A stretch of DNA of 64,000 nt, taken from positions 124,001-188,000 of the forward strand of contig RHPI01003261.1 in assembly GCA_009103225.1 (NCBI GenBank). The letters run 5' to 3'. Under the pieces are notes generated by a model that was given only the letters and a program-made list of their open reading frames with translations, was not told where the DNA came from and did no database searches. Positions 49,062-64,000 of the stretch are shown here, in pieces. The position numbers and the translations under genes are program-made. The DNA comes from Chlorokybus atmophyticus. Its lineage: Eukaryota; Plantae; Mesostigma and Chlorokybus algae. Each line of letters begins with the position of its first letter. The stretch's first letter is position 1.

Positions 49062-51139
49062 TACCGTATGTTCAAGCTGCCTGTGCGTAACGCTGAGCAG
49101 CGCCTCTTGGGTGTTGCTTGATGTGGCACAGCAGGAGCGTTTGTCAGCCCTGAGCCGCCGCCGCCGCCGCCACCGCCGCCGTGCTGCAGGTAGCTGCCCG
49201 GCCGGCACAGTGCCTGCAAGCTTACCCATGCACCGAAGCCCCAACGTACCAGTACGTGTGGAGCTGACACGTGTGTGCGAGTACCGTACAAGCATATCAG
49301 TCCGTAATGCCACGAACTACTCGCTTGTACTTGTTGGGCATGGATACATGGATATTTAGCTGTTTAAAATGGTTCTAACTTTCTCCCACAGCCTGGAATC
49401 CTCGTTTTCTTGGAAATTCAACGAAAATACTGCTACATGGGATAGCATTGCAAATGCATGCATTGGAATGTTAATACTGCCAACATACACATGCACAAGC
49501 ACAAGCGCATGCACATCATCAAGTCTTACGGTACAACTAGCTTTGAAGGGTCTCAGCTCTTACGTGCGAAGAGCCAAGCAAGGATGTGGGCTGCAGCAGG
49601 GTCCAACATCATAGGTACTTGTACATAGCAGGAGGTAAATGATAATTTTGTAAGTGTTTGTTGCATACCTCATGATATTATTACATAAGGTACAAATTGA
49701 GGGGCCCTCATATGAACAAGCAAAGCACAACACAGTTGTCAACGAAGCAACCATGTACGAGATTTGGGTAGTGAGTTGCGGAACAACTCGACATCTTAAC
49801 AACTTAAGCACAACTAAAACAAGAGGCTCGTGTCTATGCAGAGCTACGTGCAAGGTGGGGCAGGCTAGGACTAGCAGCAGATAGCGCAGCGCTCATCTCA
49901 CAATTTCAATTGTACTTACAAGCAAAGGCAGCGTGACAATGTGTGTATCCATTTGGTACTCAATTTACTCTTCGCATTGCTTGTGTGTGGTAATTCGAAG
50001 AATAAACACTGCACTGCTATAAGCAATGCATGCGGTCTTGTTAACATGCTGAAGGTGTGATGGTATGTTAATAAGCACGCAAACATCCATCGAAACAATT
50101 GCATGCGCGCGGTTGGCAATGAAGGAGCGTGTAACGTGCAGCTCAATTCTATGTTGATTAACACATAATGAACTGTTACCAACAGTTTAATTGGCAATTG
50201 CAGCATGTGGAGAAATAAGCTCATTAGGCAAATGTTGATTGCTGCTCATGCCGTTGCTTGAGCATATGGAGGTGCTCGATGCATGCGATGGTGCGATAAG
50301 CTATCGCCAACAATAGATTGTGCAATAACCATAATGCAATGGCGTTGATATGGATTTATGCACCTCTCCTCTCCGCTCTTCTCCTTTTATGCGCTGCATG
50401 TACAGCCTGCTACTACCCTATGTGACAATTACAATTATGTCTGGCACGCACATAAGCATTAGCTCCTCTAGCCTAGCTTAGTTAAGCTGAGATGTATTTG
50501 CGATGTGGTTGTATACTATTAGTAATCATGATTTTAGGGTTGACTCTGATTCATTAATGTGTTGCGTATGCGTGTACTCTAGGCCCCTCCATGATAATGA
50601 TTGCACCCTGTCGATGAATTCATGTAGAAGCATAGAAACTTACTCAACTTGCATGCGTATGCATTGTACAATGTGCATTGCACACCCCCTCAGCCTGCTT
50701 ATGCACGCACAGTAACAATACGGGTAAAATGCCATTTTTCAACTCCAACTTATAATGTGAAATAATGGCTATAAGCTACTAGCACACTAGCGAATGCAAA
50801 AGTGTGATAACTGTTAAGCTGATCTCTCACATCAACGCTGCTAACCTCATGCTGATGTTATTGAGTGCACTCGTTACACAAGACGCAAGCCCACATGTCG
50901 GCGAAGTCTTGCTAGGTAAGTTTTTGAGCTGCCAATCATTACCACAACTGTGGTGGGACAATTGAGGTGAGTATTGTTGGAACTGCACCACGTTCTGGTG
51001 TTTGCGCCAGCATATGCACTGAAAGGGCTTATTTGCTCGCCAACCGTAGCGCAATTGTGATTTGCTTGTTACATAGGCGGAGTGCACAACAATTCTGAAC
51101 TCCACTGCTATATAGCTAGCTTCGTAAAAAGTTAGCAGC

Positions 51140-51560
51140 CATCAGCAAGATGTGTACCGATATATTGCTAGCGCTACACATGATACGCTGCGCCTCGAGG
51201 TGTATTTTGTCTTTCATGTACCTAATTACCTCGATTATTGAAAAGCGCTCTGACTTCATGCCCATCCTGACCGTGAAGCTAGCGAACTGTCGAAAGTACA
51301 CACCATGAGCCTGAAGACATATTCATCCCCCTAGCCGAGACCTTCGGTACTCTGGGTGCCTTCCACGCGCTAAATGCTGATTGACGCGTGCGTTACATGG
51401 TCTAGCACAGAGGGGTTGCTTGCTAGCCGCAGGTCAGCCTTCATATTCATGTACCGGCAACATGTTGCTTATGCGCTACAGCGTGCTCAAGGTGTGGCGC
51501 TGTTGGGGAGAGGGCGACGACAACCGTCTGTCTGCCATTCCGTACTGGCCAGCACCACAG
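51140..51560 (+). mobile_element. Second decayed CRE-like non-LTR retrotransposon fragment
   Basis: Frameshifted THDTLRLEV (51176 onward), RKY, FIPLAETFGTLG (51322 onward), MYRQHVAYALQRAQGVALL (~51450-51510): same motif order as the 37-kb remnant. Confidence 0.6.
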
Positions 51561-51877
51561 CATGTCTCTGCAACAACCTTGTTGGACGTTGCAGCCGCTG
51601 CCGCTCTGGCGTGAGGTCTGCATGCTGGCGCGCATAGTTTGGTGACACGAGTGGTTATTGCTATTCGTGTTGGTGTAGTACCTAACCAAGCACAAGCCAC
51701 CTTAGGAGGGTTGTGCTTGGTTGTTGTGTGGCTAGCACTGTGGGTTCTGAAGTTCTACACAGACTCCATGAACATCCATCACAACCAAGAGATGATGGTA
51801 CCCTTCTGCGTTGAATATATAGTTTCAAGCTATACCACATATGTGGCAATCGCTATTTTTGCAATTGCTCACCATCA

Positions 51878-53883
<2,006 letters not shown>

Positions 53884-53949
53884 GGTGAAGCCTATGCCAC
53901 GACGTGGTCAGTACACCCTCCGTCTTCTTGCCAGCAAATATTCACCAGC

Positions 53950-53982
<33 letters not shown>

Positions 53983-54170
53983 TGTACATGATGTACATGC
54001 CGCCCCAACAGATACATACACAAGTGTCTGCAAGTCAAGGCAAGGCGTTGCAATGGAGCTGAGTCAGCTCAGCTGACGCGTGTGTGTGTGTGTGTGCAGG
54101 GGGCGTCAAGCAGGATCATTGATCGCAGCCCTGCTTGCGAGGATCAGTGAACGTGAAGCGGTTCTCATTT

Positions 54171-54280
54171 CACGTGACCCTTGTACGGTAGAAGAGCCAA
54201 GTCGTCTAACGTCACGTTAGTGATGTGAGTCAGAGTCACGTCGCGTGAATCACCCACGGTGACTCACCCTTATCCTGCAC
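54171..54280. promoter_or_regulatory. Dense bZIP-type/ACGT and I-box-like motif cluster in the divergent sulfotransferase C / GGH promoter
   Basis: CACGTG 54171, AACGTCACGTT 54208, TGAGTCA 54226, GAGTCACGTC 54233, GACTCACCCTTATCCTGCAC 54261. Confidence 0.55.
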
Positions 54281-54515
54281 CGTCCTAAGTCGCTTAACAC
54301 GTCGACAAACGTTATGGTCCCCGCATGACGGAAAGGTCAGTTAGAAGCCAGCAACACACCGCGTTAGCTGAATCTTTTTGTAACGTTACGCTAAACACCA
54401 CCTCGGCAGTTAACAATTTGGTCCAAGCCGCGGCGGTGGTGGCGGCGGTGGCGGCGGCGAGGACCGTGGCGGTATAGTTGGTCTCCGGAGAGAGGCGTGC
54501 CTCTGTGTCATCATC

Positions 54516-57500
54516 ATGGCTGGGAGAAGTGCCACTCTAGCTGTGGCGGCGCTGGCGCTGTTGGCTGTGGCTGCGATTGTGCTGGCGCCCAGGAGGCGGG
54601 TCACGATGGTGGAGGCCTCCCCCGCCGCCGCCGCCGCTGTCAATGTAGACACGTGGGTCAGCGATGTCGAGCCGTTCCCGCACCCTCCCATGGTGACTGT
54701 TTCGCCTCTCATTGGCATACTGACGCAGCCGCTGGGAGGCGAGACGAACTCTAAGAAGAACTCCAATGCCAGCCACCCAGGTGAGCATGCACGTGTGCAT
54801 GAGGATGAGCAGGACAGTGAGCGTGAACTTGAGCTTTAGCGTGCTGGTCGTTCCAATTGTGTTTCTATGCATTTAGAGGGCCACTGTGTAGGTAAGTCGT
54901 AGGTCGTTTGACTGTTGAAGCAGTGGTAGCAGTGTCCAACACTGCACCAAACATTAGCACTGGTTGTAAGTTTCAACAACAGCAGCGAAGCCTTACGCTG
55001 ACACTGCAAGCCTTGCCTGACGTCTAGTCTACAGCAATTTGAAGCCGTATTGCCACGATTGGCTTCGAGTTAGTGACTGGTGGGAGTGGACATGCATGCG
55101 TTGCATTGGCAGCAACACTCAATTGTTAGAGTGACATGACGTGCTGACAGCGTGCTGACCACATAGGCATGTCGCGTGTTGGCACCAACACGCAAGGCAT
55201 TTTAGCATTCACGTCAAGGCCTTGCATGGCTTCATACACTGCTGCTGGTTTGTATGGCAGTGCATGCCTCTGCCTTGCATTACGCAAGTCAGCAACTCAA
55301 TTTGCTTGAGCACAGTTTACACGCATGTAACGGAAAGCTCCAGTCTTGTCGGTTGTGCCAGCTGCTTTGCATTGCGCTGCTTGACATTTGTCTTAAGCTG
55401 GCCCCAACCATGTGGACTGGATGTTCATGTAACAAATGTTAGCATGTCGAACAGCGTGGACACGTTGGTATGCGACAGTTGCATGCAATAGCAGAAGTGG
55501 TTGCACCCTTTCGCTTGATCAGGCTTAAGGTCTTCACCGCTTTGCAGGCAACACGACCAGCTACATTGCAGCCTCTTACGTTAAGTTTGTGGAGATGGCG
55601 GGCGGACGAGCCGTGCCCATATTCCATGATGCACCAGACTGGGACATAGAGAGGGTGCGTGCGGCACGCTCTCTATGACCCTTGCGCATTGTCATCACTT
55701 GGGGCCAGTTGCATGAAAACACGCCACCTTGGTGTGTAGTAGCGTGCCACATATCCCCTTTGCTTGTGGGTTGCAGCGTTTCAGAGCAGTGAACGGCATC
55801 ATCTTCCCTGGCGGCGATGCCAGTCTGGAAGAAAACTCCACCTTTTTCCAAACGGGCAAGAAGCTGCTCGAGGTAGGCCTCTTGCATGGTGGCTTGCATG
55901 TAAGGTGTTTGTCCTCATGGACGCATGCACACACGCACACAGGTATGCTTACGCACATGCACGTCTGCAAGCACACACTCACGTAAGTAGGCATGTATGC
56001 ACGTGCACGTTGAGAACTACCACAGTATAAGGATTATTGTTGTACAGTTGCATCTCATAAGTCAGCAGTCAAGCGTGACTTGCTTAGTAGACTTGTTTGC
56101 CAGATGGCGATGACTGCCAATGATGCCGGCGATTACTTCCCGATCCAAGCAACGTGTCTTGGGTACGAGCTCTTGGTGACAGCAATTAGCCAGGTGAGTT
56201 GCTTGGCACAATGCTGCTGCTGCTGTCTCACGTCCACAGCCGCGACACACATGAAGTGGTCACTCATGCCTGGCAACTTTGTTAGAACCACACCTTGTTT
56301 GAGAACTTCCACGCTGAGGACGACCCGGCGCCACTTATCTTCCTGGATCAGGCTGCCAACAGCCGTTTCTTCAGCCAGTATGTTTTCTCACTAGTGGACT
56401 CTGCTTCATGTGATGGCTATCAAACTCAAGTACTAGACTGTGAATGACAATGTATTATGTGTGGCAGCGTGCCTTCCTACATGCTTCCGGAGCTCAGTGG
56501 CCTCCCGCTCGCTATGGAAAATCACGAGGTATGGGCCGCTGCAACACATTTGTTCATTGGCAACGTGTGCAACATACGTGGCGTTGCTAATGTGCATGTC
56601 TTTGTGCTACAGTTGGGTGTCACGCCTGAGACCTTCTACTCAACCCCAAGCTTGGCGGAGTTCTTCCGGCCACTGTCCGTATCAGTCGACTTGGAAAACA
56701 AGGTGAGATCTTAAGGCAATGTTGTTAGAGACATGCTGTGGAGCTTACAAGCAGTTGCATTGGCCAGCCGAGGGTACATGCAGCTGAGGGGCTTGCCATC
56801 AGAGTTGTTACTCTTCCACATTCCAGTGTAAACAACAAGTGCTTGACCTGTTTGTTGCTCTGCAGACATACATTTCAACGGTGGAGGCCCGCAATTACCC
56901 AATCACTGGCACTCAATGGCACCCAGAGGTGCTCTCAGTCATGTTTGCAAACAGCGCAGCTGATGTCGTTGGAAAACATGGATGTCAACTCATCATGTTG
57001 GTGCAAAACAGAAAAATGCGTTTGAGTTTGGACTGGACAAGATCCCACACACGCTGGCTGCCATCAAACTTACGCAAGCGGTCGCCAACTACTTCGTCAG
57101 GTCACATATTGCTTATGCGTAGTCTGCATGTGTGAGATTGGTGGTTGAGAATGATGTTGATGGTTATGATAATGATGTCCTGCTGCTGCTGCTGCTCATG
57201 ATGAAGTTGCCTCATGCCAATATCAAGCATGTTGCAGTGACGCACGACGGTCATCGCACAAGCCAAAAGATGAGGTTGAGCTGAACGACCTGCTGGTATA
57301 CAACTACCCAATCATCTATACCGGGCGAAAACCTGGGTAAGCACTGGCTTGCTGCTGGACTCTGTTGTCAAAGACAAGAACAGCAATCCTTGCAGTGAAC
57401 TTTGAGTGTTCTGAAGGAGGGTATAGTTGTGTATTACTTGGGTTCGTGTGTTGAGCTTTTCTTCTTCTTGTTGCAGGAGCTTCTTCCAGATGTACCATTT

Positions 57501-57579
57501 CAATGGCACGTCGCCGTGGAATATGGTCAATGGCACGATCGAGCTGACAAGTTGCGGGGAGTCATTGGCCTACCTGTGA
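54516..57579 (+). CDS. GGH: Gamma-glutamyl hydrolase (peptidase C26), with N-terminal signal/anchor
   Basis: Ten exons: PLIGILTQP, SYIAASYVKFVEMAGGRAVP, VNGIIFPGG, catalytic Cys in ATCLGYE, MENH, catalytic His in QWHPEK; last exon ends SFFQMYHF...LAYL*. Confidence 0.95.
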
Positions 57580-58152
57580 AAGTAAATGACGTTGAGCACA
57601 TTGCTGCGCAGTATGATTTGATTGCAATTATACATCATTGTTTGCTTGTGTATAGCCTAGTAAGGTTTTTGAGACTGTAGCTATGTACCATTACCACATT
57701 TAAGTGGACATACCGAAGTCAACTTGGTTTTGGCTTGCTTTGATTCTGAACTTGAACTTGTGCCCATCATAACCACTATGATTTCATATTTCATATGTCT
57801 GTACAGTTTGCATCTTGCAACTGAAAAGCGGTTGTGCTTACAACCTTTCTGCACTTGTCAAGTTGCTCAGCATCAGAAGGTGCATTACTTTATTCAACTT
57901 GCGGCATATGGTTGTGAGAGCCAACAACAGTATTTAGCACCGGATGTGATTCTGCGCATACCTGGGCAGCTGCAAATGTTATGTGTCAACCGGCGGAAGG
58001 AGCAATTCCAAACTGCCTCAAAGGCGTGCTGGTTCACGCGATTGCACGCAACCGCACCACTTCTACCTGTCCATTGTTCAATAAATACAGACACCCGCAC
58101 GCGCAAGTTACCCGCAAACAACTCCCCATCTCGTGTCACGCCGACCTTGCCG

Positions 58153-61100
58153 CTACAAGAACTCGGCATCGTCGTTGTCACCAGAGCCGCTGTCGTCCCC
58201 CTCCTCCTCGGGCGCATCCGGATCAACTCCCTTGATGAGCTTCTCCAACCTCTCCAGTCCCTTGCGCGCATCATCGTTTGCGGGATTCAACCCCAGCGCG
58301 GCCTGATGACAAGCAATCAGCACAAGCATGTAGCAATTGAAAACAGATGCCTGAACTGCAACAAACTTACCTGATAGTGGTTGATGGACTCGGGGAAGCG
58401 CTGTGCTGAGGCTAACGCATGAGCGAGCTTCGCGTGCAGCCCGTCTGTCACCACTATTGCCAACTTTTGCTGCGCAGCAAACAAGACATGTTGACAACAA
58501 CAGCCACAAGCTGCAAGAGTTGAGTATGCGTTGACTGCACAAGATGAACTTACCTGCAAGAGAGTGATGGCTTCACCGACACGTCCGTCTACCACGCACA
58601 ACTCTGCAAGCCTGAGTATGGCCTGCCATGCGTATGTATGACATCAGTAGCATCCCCACCTCAACAAGTGGTCAAACGCAGCAGATTGCAACTGGGCCAG
58701 AGTGTGTGCGCATCTTTGTGCATGCTTGTACGCCTGCGTATAAGCGTGTGCGTGTGTCTGCCTCGTCGCCAACGACAACATCCATTACCACAAATAACTC
58801 TTCCACCCCAATTTACCGGCACAAGCGCAGGGTCCTTGGCAAGTGCGGCCTGGTACATCCGCGCGGCTTTCTCTCGCGTGGCCTCGGGGTGGTGGCGATA
58901 CACGTCACCGACGAGCGCAAGTGCGGCCGCCGACTGCGGAGCCGCCCTGAGCGCCTCGCGCGCATATACCAAGGCCTCCTTCACCTTTGCTGCCGGCACG
59001 CACGCCAAGTAGGCCCTCACCAGCGCCTACACACACAAATAGATACACACCATGACATTGAGCACCATCAAGACCATCACACGTGAAGGTCACTAACAAT
59101 ATTATATCACGTGCTTTTCAATTAGAGGATTGGGTATAGGAAAGATGAACAAAAAACCGTGTAAGACACATACACAAGAATTGCTTGCCACAGCCATGCG
59201 CATCATTGACAGAATGACTGCACGTGTACCTGGTAGGTGCGAAGTTCAGGGCGAAGTGCAACAGCGCGTCTCAGAGCGAACACGGCCTGATCTGGCCGTT
59301 TCAGGTCCAGCGCAAGCACACCTTTCATGTAGTAGCCTAGAGCATGCCTCTCGTCCAGTGCTATAGCCCTCTCCGCGTAGCTCAGCGCCTGCAAGGCATC
59401 AGTGCAAGCGAGCACGAAGATGTCAAGGCATGCTCATTATTATGCGTTGAATATACATGCGGGCACTGCATACTATACCAAGGCATGTCATTGCAAGACA
59501 CTGGGTGTTGCTGAATAACTACCGTTGATCACACATGTTGCATTCAATGATCATTCAACCATGATATCGCTGTGACATTGACATAGATGCAACACTATAA
59601 TGTCAACTGTCATTCATGCTGCCTTTGTGTGCATGCTGAAGCAGCGCAGTATCATGTTCTAAGCTCACCCAGAACACAATTGTGACATAGTGGACCATCT
59701 AGCCAGCACACACACACACCATGACCTCACCTTGGCCTTCTCGTGCTTTGCGTCAAAGTACGCTGCACCCGCGCACCAGGCCGCAGGATGCATTGCATTC
59801 GTTGTGATCAACTCGTGCGCCAACCGACCCAACTCAGCCACATCACCTGCTCAAGACTCAAGTGTCAAAGATAACCTCAATCATACAGGTCAATAACAAC
59901 ACACATTATCAGTACTACCTGTTGCTTGCAGCAGCAGAGCATACTCGTCCATCCCGACCACGAGGTGAGCGTCCAGGGCTCGCGCGCGCTGGAAAGCAAA
60001 GATGGCATCTTTCGTCGCTTCCGCTCCAGCAGCTGCGATGCCACTACTCACCGCAGCTTGTGGATTGTCTTGACACTGGCAAAACAGAACACATGCGATG
60101 GCTTGCTTGGTGAATGGTGTGCTTGACGCCACCGAGTACGCATCAAGGCAGTTTGCCAGCTACGCAATAATGCAAGCTTGCGTGCAATACCGCACGTGCA
60201 CATGTGCACAATAGTAACATGTTGGCAACATGTCACCGCCCCATGCACACATGCATGCACTTGCAGGCTGCATGTTGCCAAAGCAGCTGTGCAACCTGCA
60301 ATGCAACTTGAAGTCTGTAATAATTCCTATACAACTCTATCTGTCTCTCCATTCCTACCTGTTTGCTTAATGAAGTGAAGCGATCCAGTGCGGCCGGTCG
60401 ATCCCTTGCTGCCGCCGCGCAGTTGGCTTCGGTCAGGAGCTGAACCCACCTCACAACGTCGTTGGCACCCGGCTTGGATGGACTCGCCTGCTATGCAAAC
60501 AAAGATTATCAACCAAACATCATGAAATACAGCAGTCAAGAAACAAATCACCCCTGACAGTGCATGAGCTGTGCACCTGGGGCAACAAAGGCTGGAGCTC
60601 GTGTGTGGGAACGCCCAGCTGAGCCAACGCCACAAGAGCCTCCAATGCATAGGGACAGTGCCTGCCATCATGATACATGATGGTTCATACCCCGCAAACA
60701 TGTTGCAAAAGCAAACACGCGTGCACGCACATGAGCTGCGCTCTTGCACGCAAACACAAACACAGACACAAACACAAACACAGACATGGTTGCGTGGGTG
60801 CCTGATGGCGTGTGAACAGGATTGACAACGGTTAAGGGTAGGCATACCTCAAGCATTCTTTGTAAGAGAGAATAGCAGCCCTGAGAGAGGACAAACGGAC
60901 TTTAGCTCATTGGCGCTACTCAACCTGCTGTGATTGATGCATGTACAGATGACGTGCAAGCGAACCTGTCATATCCGGTATGTTGGTATAGCTTTGCGAG
61001 TGTCACATGCATGGCGGGGGTCTTGGAGCTCGATGGCACCGTTTCCAGCTGTGGTTATGGAAAAGGGCTGTGAATGGCAAGCACATAAGCCCAGCGTTAT

Positions 61101-62277
61101 GGACAGTGACACAGTGTGATCACATGTGGAACTCAGCAGTGTGCATGCATGAATGACTGACAAAACAATGTGTGTAGAAGCAGGCGAGAAATATATGTAC
61201 ACACTTTCATCTGATTGAAGCTCTACCTCTGCAATTGCGTTACGGTGCTCTTTGAGCTCAATCATACAACGGACCATCTTGAACTTGACCTGCAGGTAAC
61301 ACAACAACACGCATTTTGGGCATTGAACTCATGACCGCAACCAGTGTCATGTCTGCATTGAACATGCGTGCTGACCTCATGCTCGTCAGGCAGGACAGGG
61401 CCGCTTGCACCTTTTATGCCTGGCACGCGGATGATGGCTAAAGACTGGCGGTAGTAACTCTGCAGTGCAGACAAGATGGACAGATGTTACACACAATGTG
61501 CATTGCAAGAGCTGTGCAAACTGCAAGCTCCACATCATTAGCGTCATTGTCAACACCAAGTTGTAGTAACGCTGACCAGAGCTCTTTTGTAATCCTTCTT
61601 GCCAACCAAGGCGTCTGCAAGCAACACCTGAAACACGAGAGAGAACGACTTGTGAGTACCAAACCAACATATGGTGCAAGCGTTGCAACTGCAACCAAGT
61701 TGATGGTGTACCGTGTTCTGAGCGCGCGTGCCAGCTGGCGCCTCCGTAGCGTTGGCAGCAGTCCGCAAGAAGTGGCCCTGCAGTCACAACAAACAAGAGG
61801 ATATGATCTGAATCCTCCGGACGCGTACAGTAAGGTGTTTCATACACTAGCAGTTTGTGTCTGTTGCGACACCAACGTGACCACAATGCATTATCTGAAA
61901 AAGCAAGCAATTGCAGATGGGATCTTGCAGCAAAGTCTGCATCAATGCATGGCTTCATATGTGCACGACAGGTGCCTACTGGCAGCTGTGTCAACAAGGG
62001 AAAGAGCACACTTGCTGATATAAATGTAGTTGAAATGCCCTCGTGAAGGCGAGCCAGCACGAATGCAACAACCACGCAAGAAACCACTTGCGGGTTTGCT
62101 TGCATGCCTAACAAATGTCAAAACCTCACAAGGACTTGCAGCTGAGATACCGCAAGCAAGGGTTTAAGAGCCTAGATACACACTCACCAGCAGCTCCGCA
62201 GAGTCGTACAACCCTTGCTGGAGCAGCGTCGCCATCTGCTCTTGAAGCGTGGCGGCTTGCTCCAGCGACGCAGTCAT
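58153..62277 (-). CDS. APC7: Anaphase-promoting complex subunit 7 (TPR)
   Basis: N-terminus LQEQMATLLQQGLYDSAELLG, VKFKMVRC, AAILSYKECLRHCPYALEA, FQRARALDAHLVVGMDEYALL, YMKGVLAL, ALSHYQAALGLNPANDDARKGLERLEKLIKGVDPDAPEEE...AEFL*, resembling plant APC7. Confidence 0.92.
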
Positions 62278-63038
62278 ACTGCTGCTGCTCCAGGAATCAC
62301 CCAGCAGCACACTACAAAGGTATATTGCAACCGAATACTAGAAGCTCAAGCGACATTAGACACCGACGGCCTAATCACAAGGTAGCTAACAGCGTCATTG
62401 GCAAGCATGGCGCTGCAGGTTGTTTGCTTGCCATCACTGGTTAAATGGCAAGCTGTCGCTCGAGATCTTTGTACAACACCAAGATACGAACCGTTATACT
62501 AACACCTCTGCCTCCGCCTCCGCCGGCAACAACGCCGCCAACTACGCCGCCAACACTGCCCGCAACAAGAACGTTTCGGTTGTTGGCCGTAAAACCAGCG
62601 TTGCTTCTTGTCGCAGAAGCCATGACAGATCCCAAAACTTTGTACGTTACGTCAGTACAATGCATAGTATGACCCGGTTGCCCTGTTTACAGGATGTTTG
62701 CTTCCGTCCTGAAAGTGTAACATGATAATCATCAGCTCGTGTTTAGCAGCGGCGGTGGCGTGGCTGCGGGCGGAAGCGGCGGTGGCGGTGGCGGTGGCGG
62801 AGGTGAAAGGCGTAGGAAGGCGATCACGTGTGGAGGCTGGTGGTGTTTTGGATATATAAGTAAGGTTTACTCTTTTTGAAGGGGCTGGAGAAGAAGAAGT
62901 GTGCACGCAGAAGCGCACGCAGAAGCTAGCGCTTGGTGCTGGTGGTGATTGCGCCGATGTGGCCGCCGACAGGATAGTCGTTGGTTTGTCGTGGTAGTTG
63001 TTGCGCCTGTTGCTGTCAGCAGAGGCGGCAGCGCACGT

Positions 63039-63152
63039 ATGGTGCGGGCGCCGCTGCGGCTGCACGTTGCGCCGCTGCTGCTGCCTGTGGCTCTGGTCCT
63101 CCTGCGCCTTGCTTGCGACGCCCCTGTTGCCAGCGCCAGGCCCCTACTTGCG
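63039..63152 (+). CDS. Probable first exon of a secreted/membrane protein (signal peptide); rest of gene not resolved
   Basis: MVRAPLRLHVAPLLLPVALVLLRLACDAPVASARPLLA followed by GTCAGC (possible donor); upstream G-box CACGTG at 62825 and TATATAAG at 62853. Confidence 0.4.
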
Positions 63153-64000
63153 GTCAGCTTGTGTGCTGTTGTTGCTGACAAGTACTTGTTTCTCTAAGAT
63201 AGATGAAGAAACAGAGCAATTGAGGTTTTTTCATGACAGGAAGAATTGAGTTAGTTGTTCAATGTTCAACGTTTTCTGATATGACTGCCAATCAAGTGGA
63301 GCTCCTACTTGCTTGCTTGCTGGTTCAGCTTGATATCTTTTCATCAGCAGCACAAGTCAGCTGTGCTATTGTCAGCAAAGTAACCGGGAAGCTGTCTATG
63401 ACAGTCGCTCTTGTCTTTGTGGCACTTTAGAAGGAAGCTGGTACTCCTTTGTGGTTTGCGATTGCGTAAGGAAAGTAGCAGCCATTACCAGATCGTAGTT
63501 CATACCTGTGTATGCTGCGTGCAACGGTAGCTAGCTTTTGCTTGTAGTCGTTTGTTTGTTTGTCATTTGCTACGCATGCAAGGATGTTGCTTTGTTGTTG
63601 ATCAATGCAGCGGTCTGCATCGCACTGGTGCTGGTGTCTCTGTCATCACTGTTGCACATATGTGGGTTAGCGATAGCATATTTTGACTCATTATGCCAGA
63701 GATGTTGGCATCCTTTCTTGCAAGATATTAAGTCTCAGCTCGTGAGGTGAAGTTGTCTTTTGCGCAGCATACTCGCTTAGCAGTCGTGTCACTTCTCTCA
63801 CGCTCTCTGTTACATGCGGCTGGCTGGTTGTTTTACGTGCTAGTCTGCAGGCAGTTGCAAACGACAGCCATCACAACTGCTTTGCATGCCTTCCTTGCAC
63901 ATCAGCTTTGCCGCGAAGTAAGGTTATCAAGAGCTCAAGCGCATGTTGCCAATCAGGAGGTCAGGCCGGCTGCGCTTGCGAATAACAACACTGCTGGAGT

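Noticed and set aside
57724-58374. 216-aa plus-strand ORF
   Set aside because: Antisense to the last APC7 exons and 3' UTR, starts at TTG and has no motifs
62445-62725. Pro-rich ORF, or a spliced mini-ORF MTDPKTLMFASVLKV, between APC7 and the next gene
   Set aside because: Needs a ~51-nt intron, has no homology that I recognise, and lies in a divergent promoter/leader

Overview
Eukaryotic nuclear DNA: gene-dense and intron-rich, from a green alga. Plant-type COX4/DUF1138, APC7, PRP40C, NC2-alpha and SHOC1 point to an early-diverging streptophyte-type alga; this is inference and the species is not identified. Left to right: PRPP synthetase (+, 5' part outside the window), PRP40C (-), DnaJ/DnaJ-X protein (-), CCDC130/YJU2B (+), NC2-alpha/DRAP1 (-), RAB5IF/C20orf24 (+), NOL12/RRP17 (-), plant-type COX4 (-), Raf-like TKL kinase (+) and meiotic SHOC1/ZIP2 (-). 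An accessory block follows at 34.7-54.3 kb with three tandem, intron-containing, tail-anchored bacterial/fungal-type sulfotransferases. Between them sit a young full-length chromovirus (Ty3/gypsy LTR element with a chromodomain), nested in a decayed CRE-like non-LTR retrotransposon, and a second CRE-like remnant. The window ends with gamma-glutamyl hydrolase (+), APC7 (-) and the probable first exon of a secreted protein. Best leads: the sulfotransferase trio with a conserved promoter cassette, a 62-bp palindrome carrying mirrored ATG ORFs near the 5' end of SHOC1, the nested retroelements, strand-biased telo-boxes and frequent GC-AG introns. Two assembly gaps and two gap-adjacent duplications look like artefacts. 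I recognised no tRNA, rRNA, snRNA or CRISPR array. All family assignments come from motif recognition by eye, not database searches.
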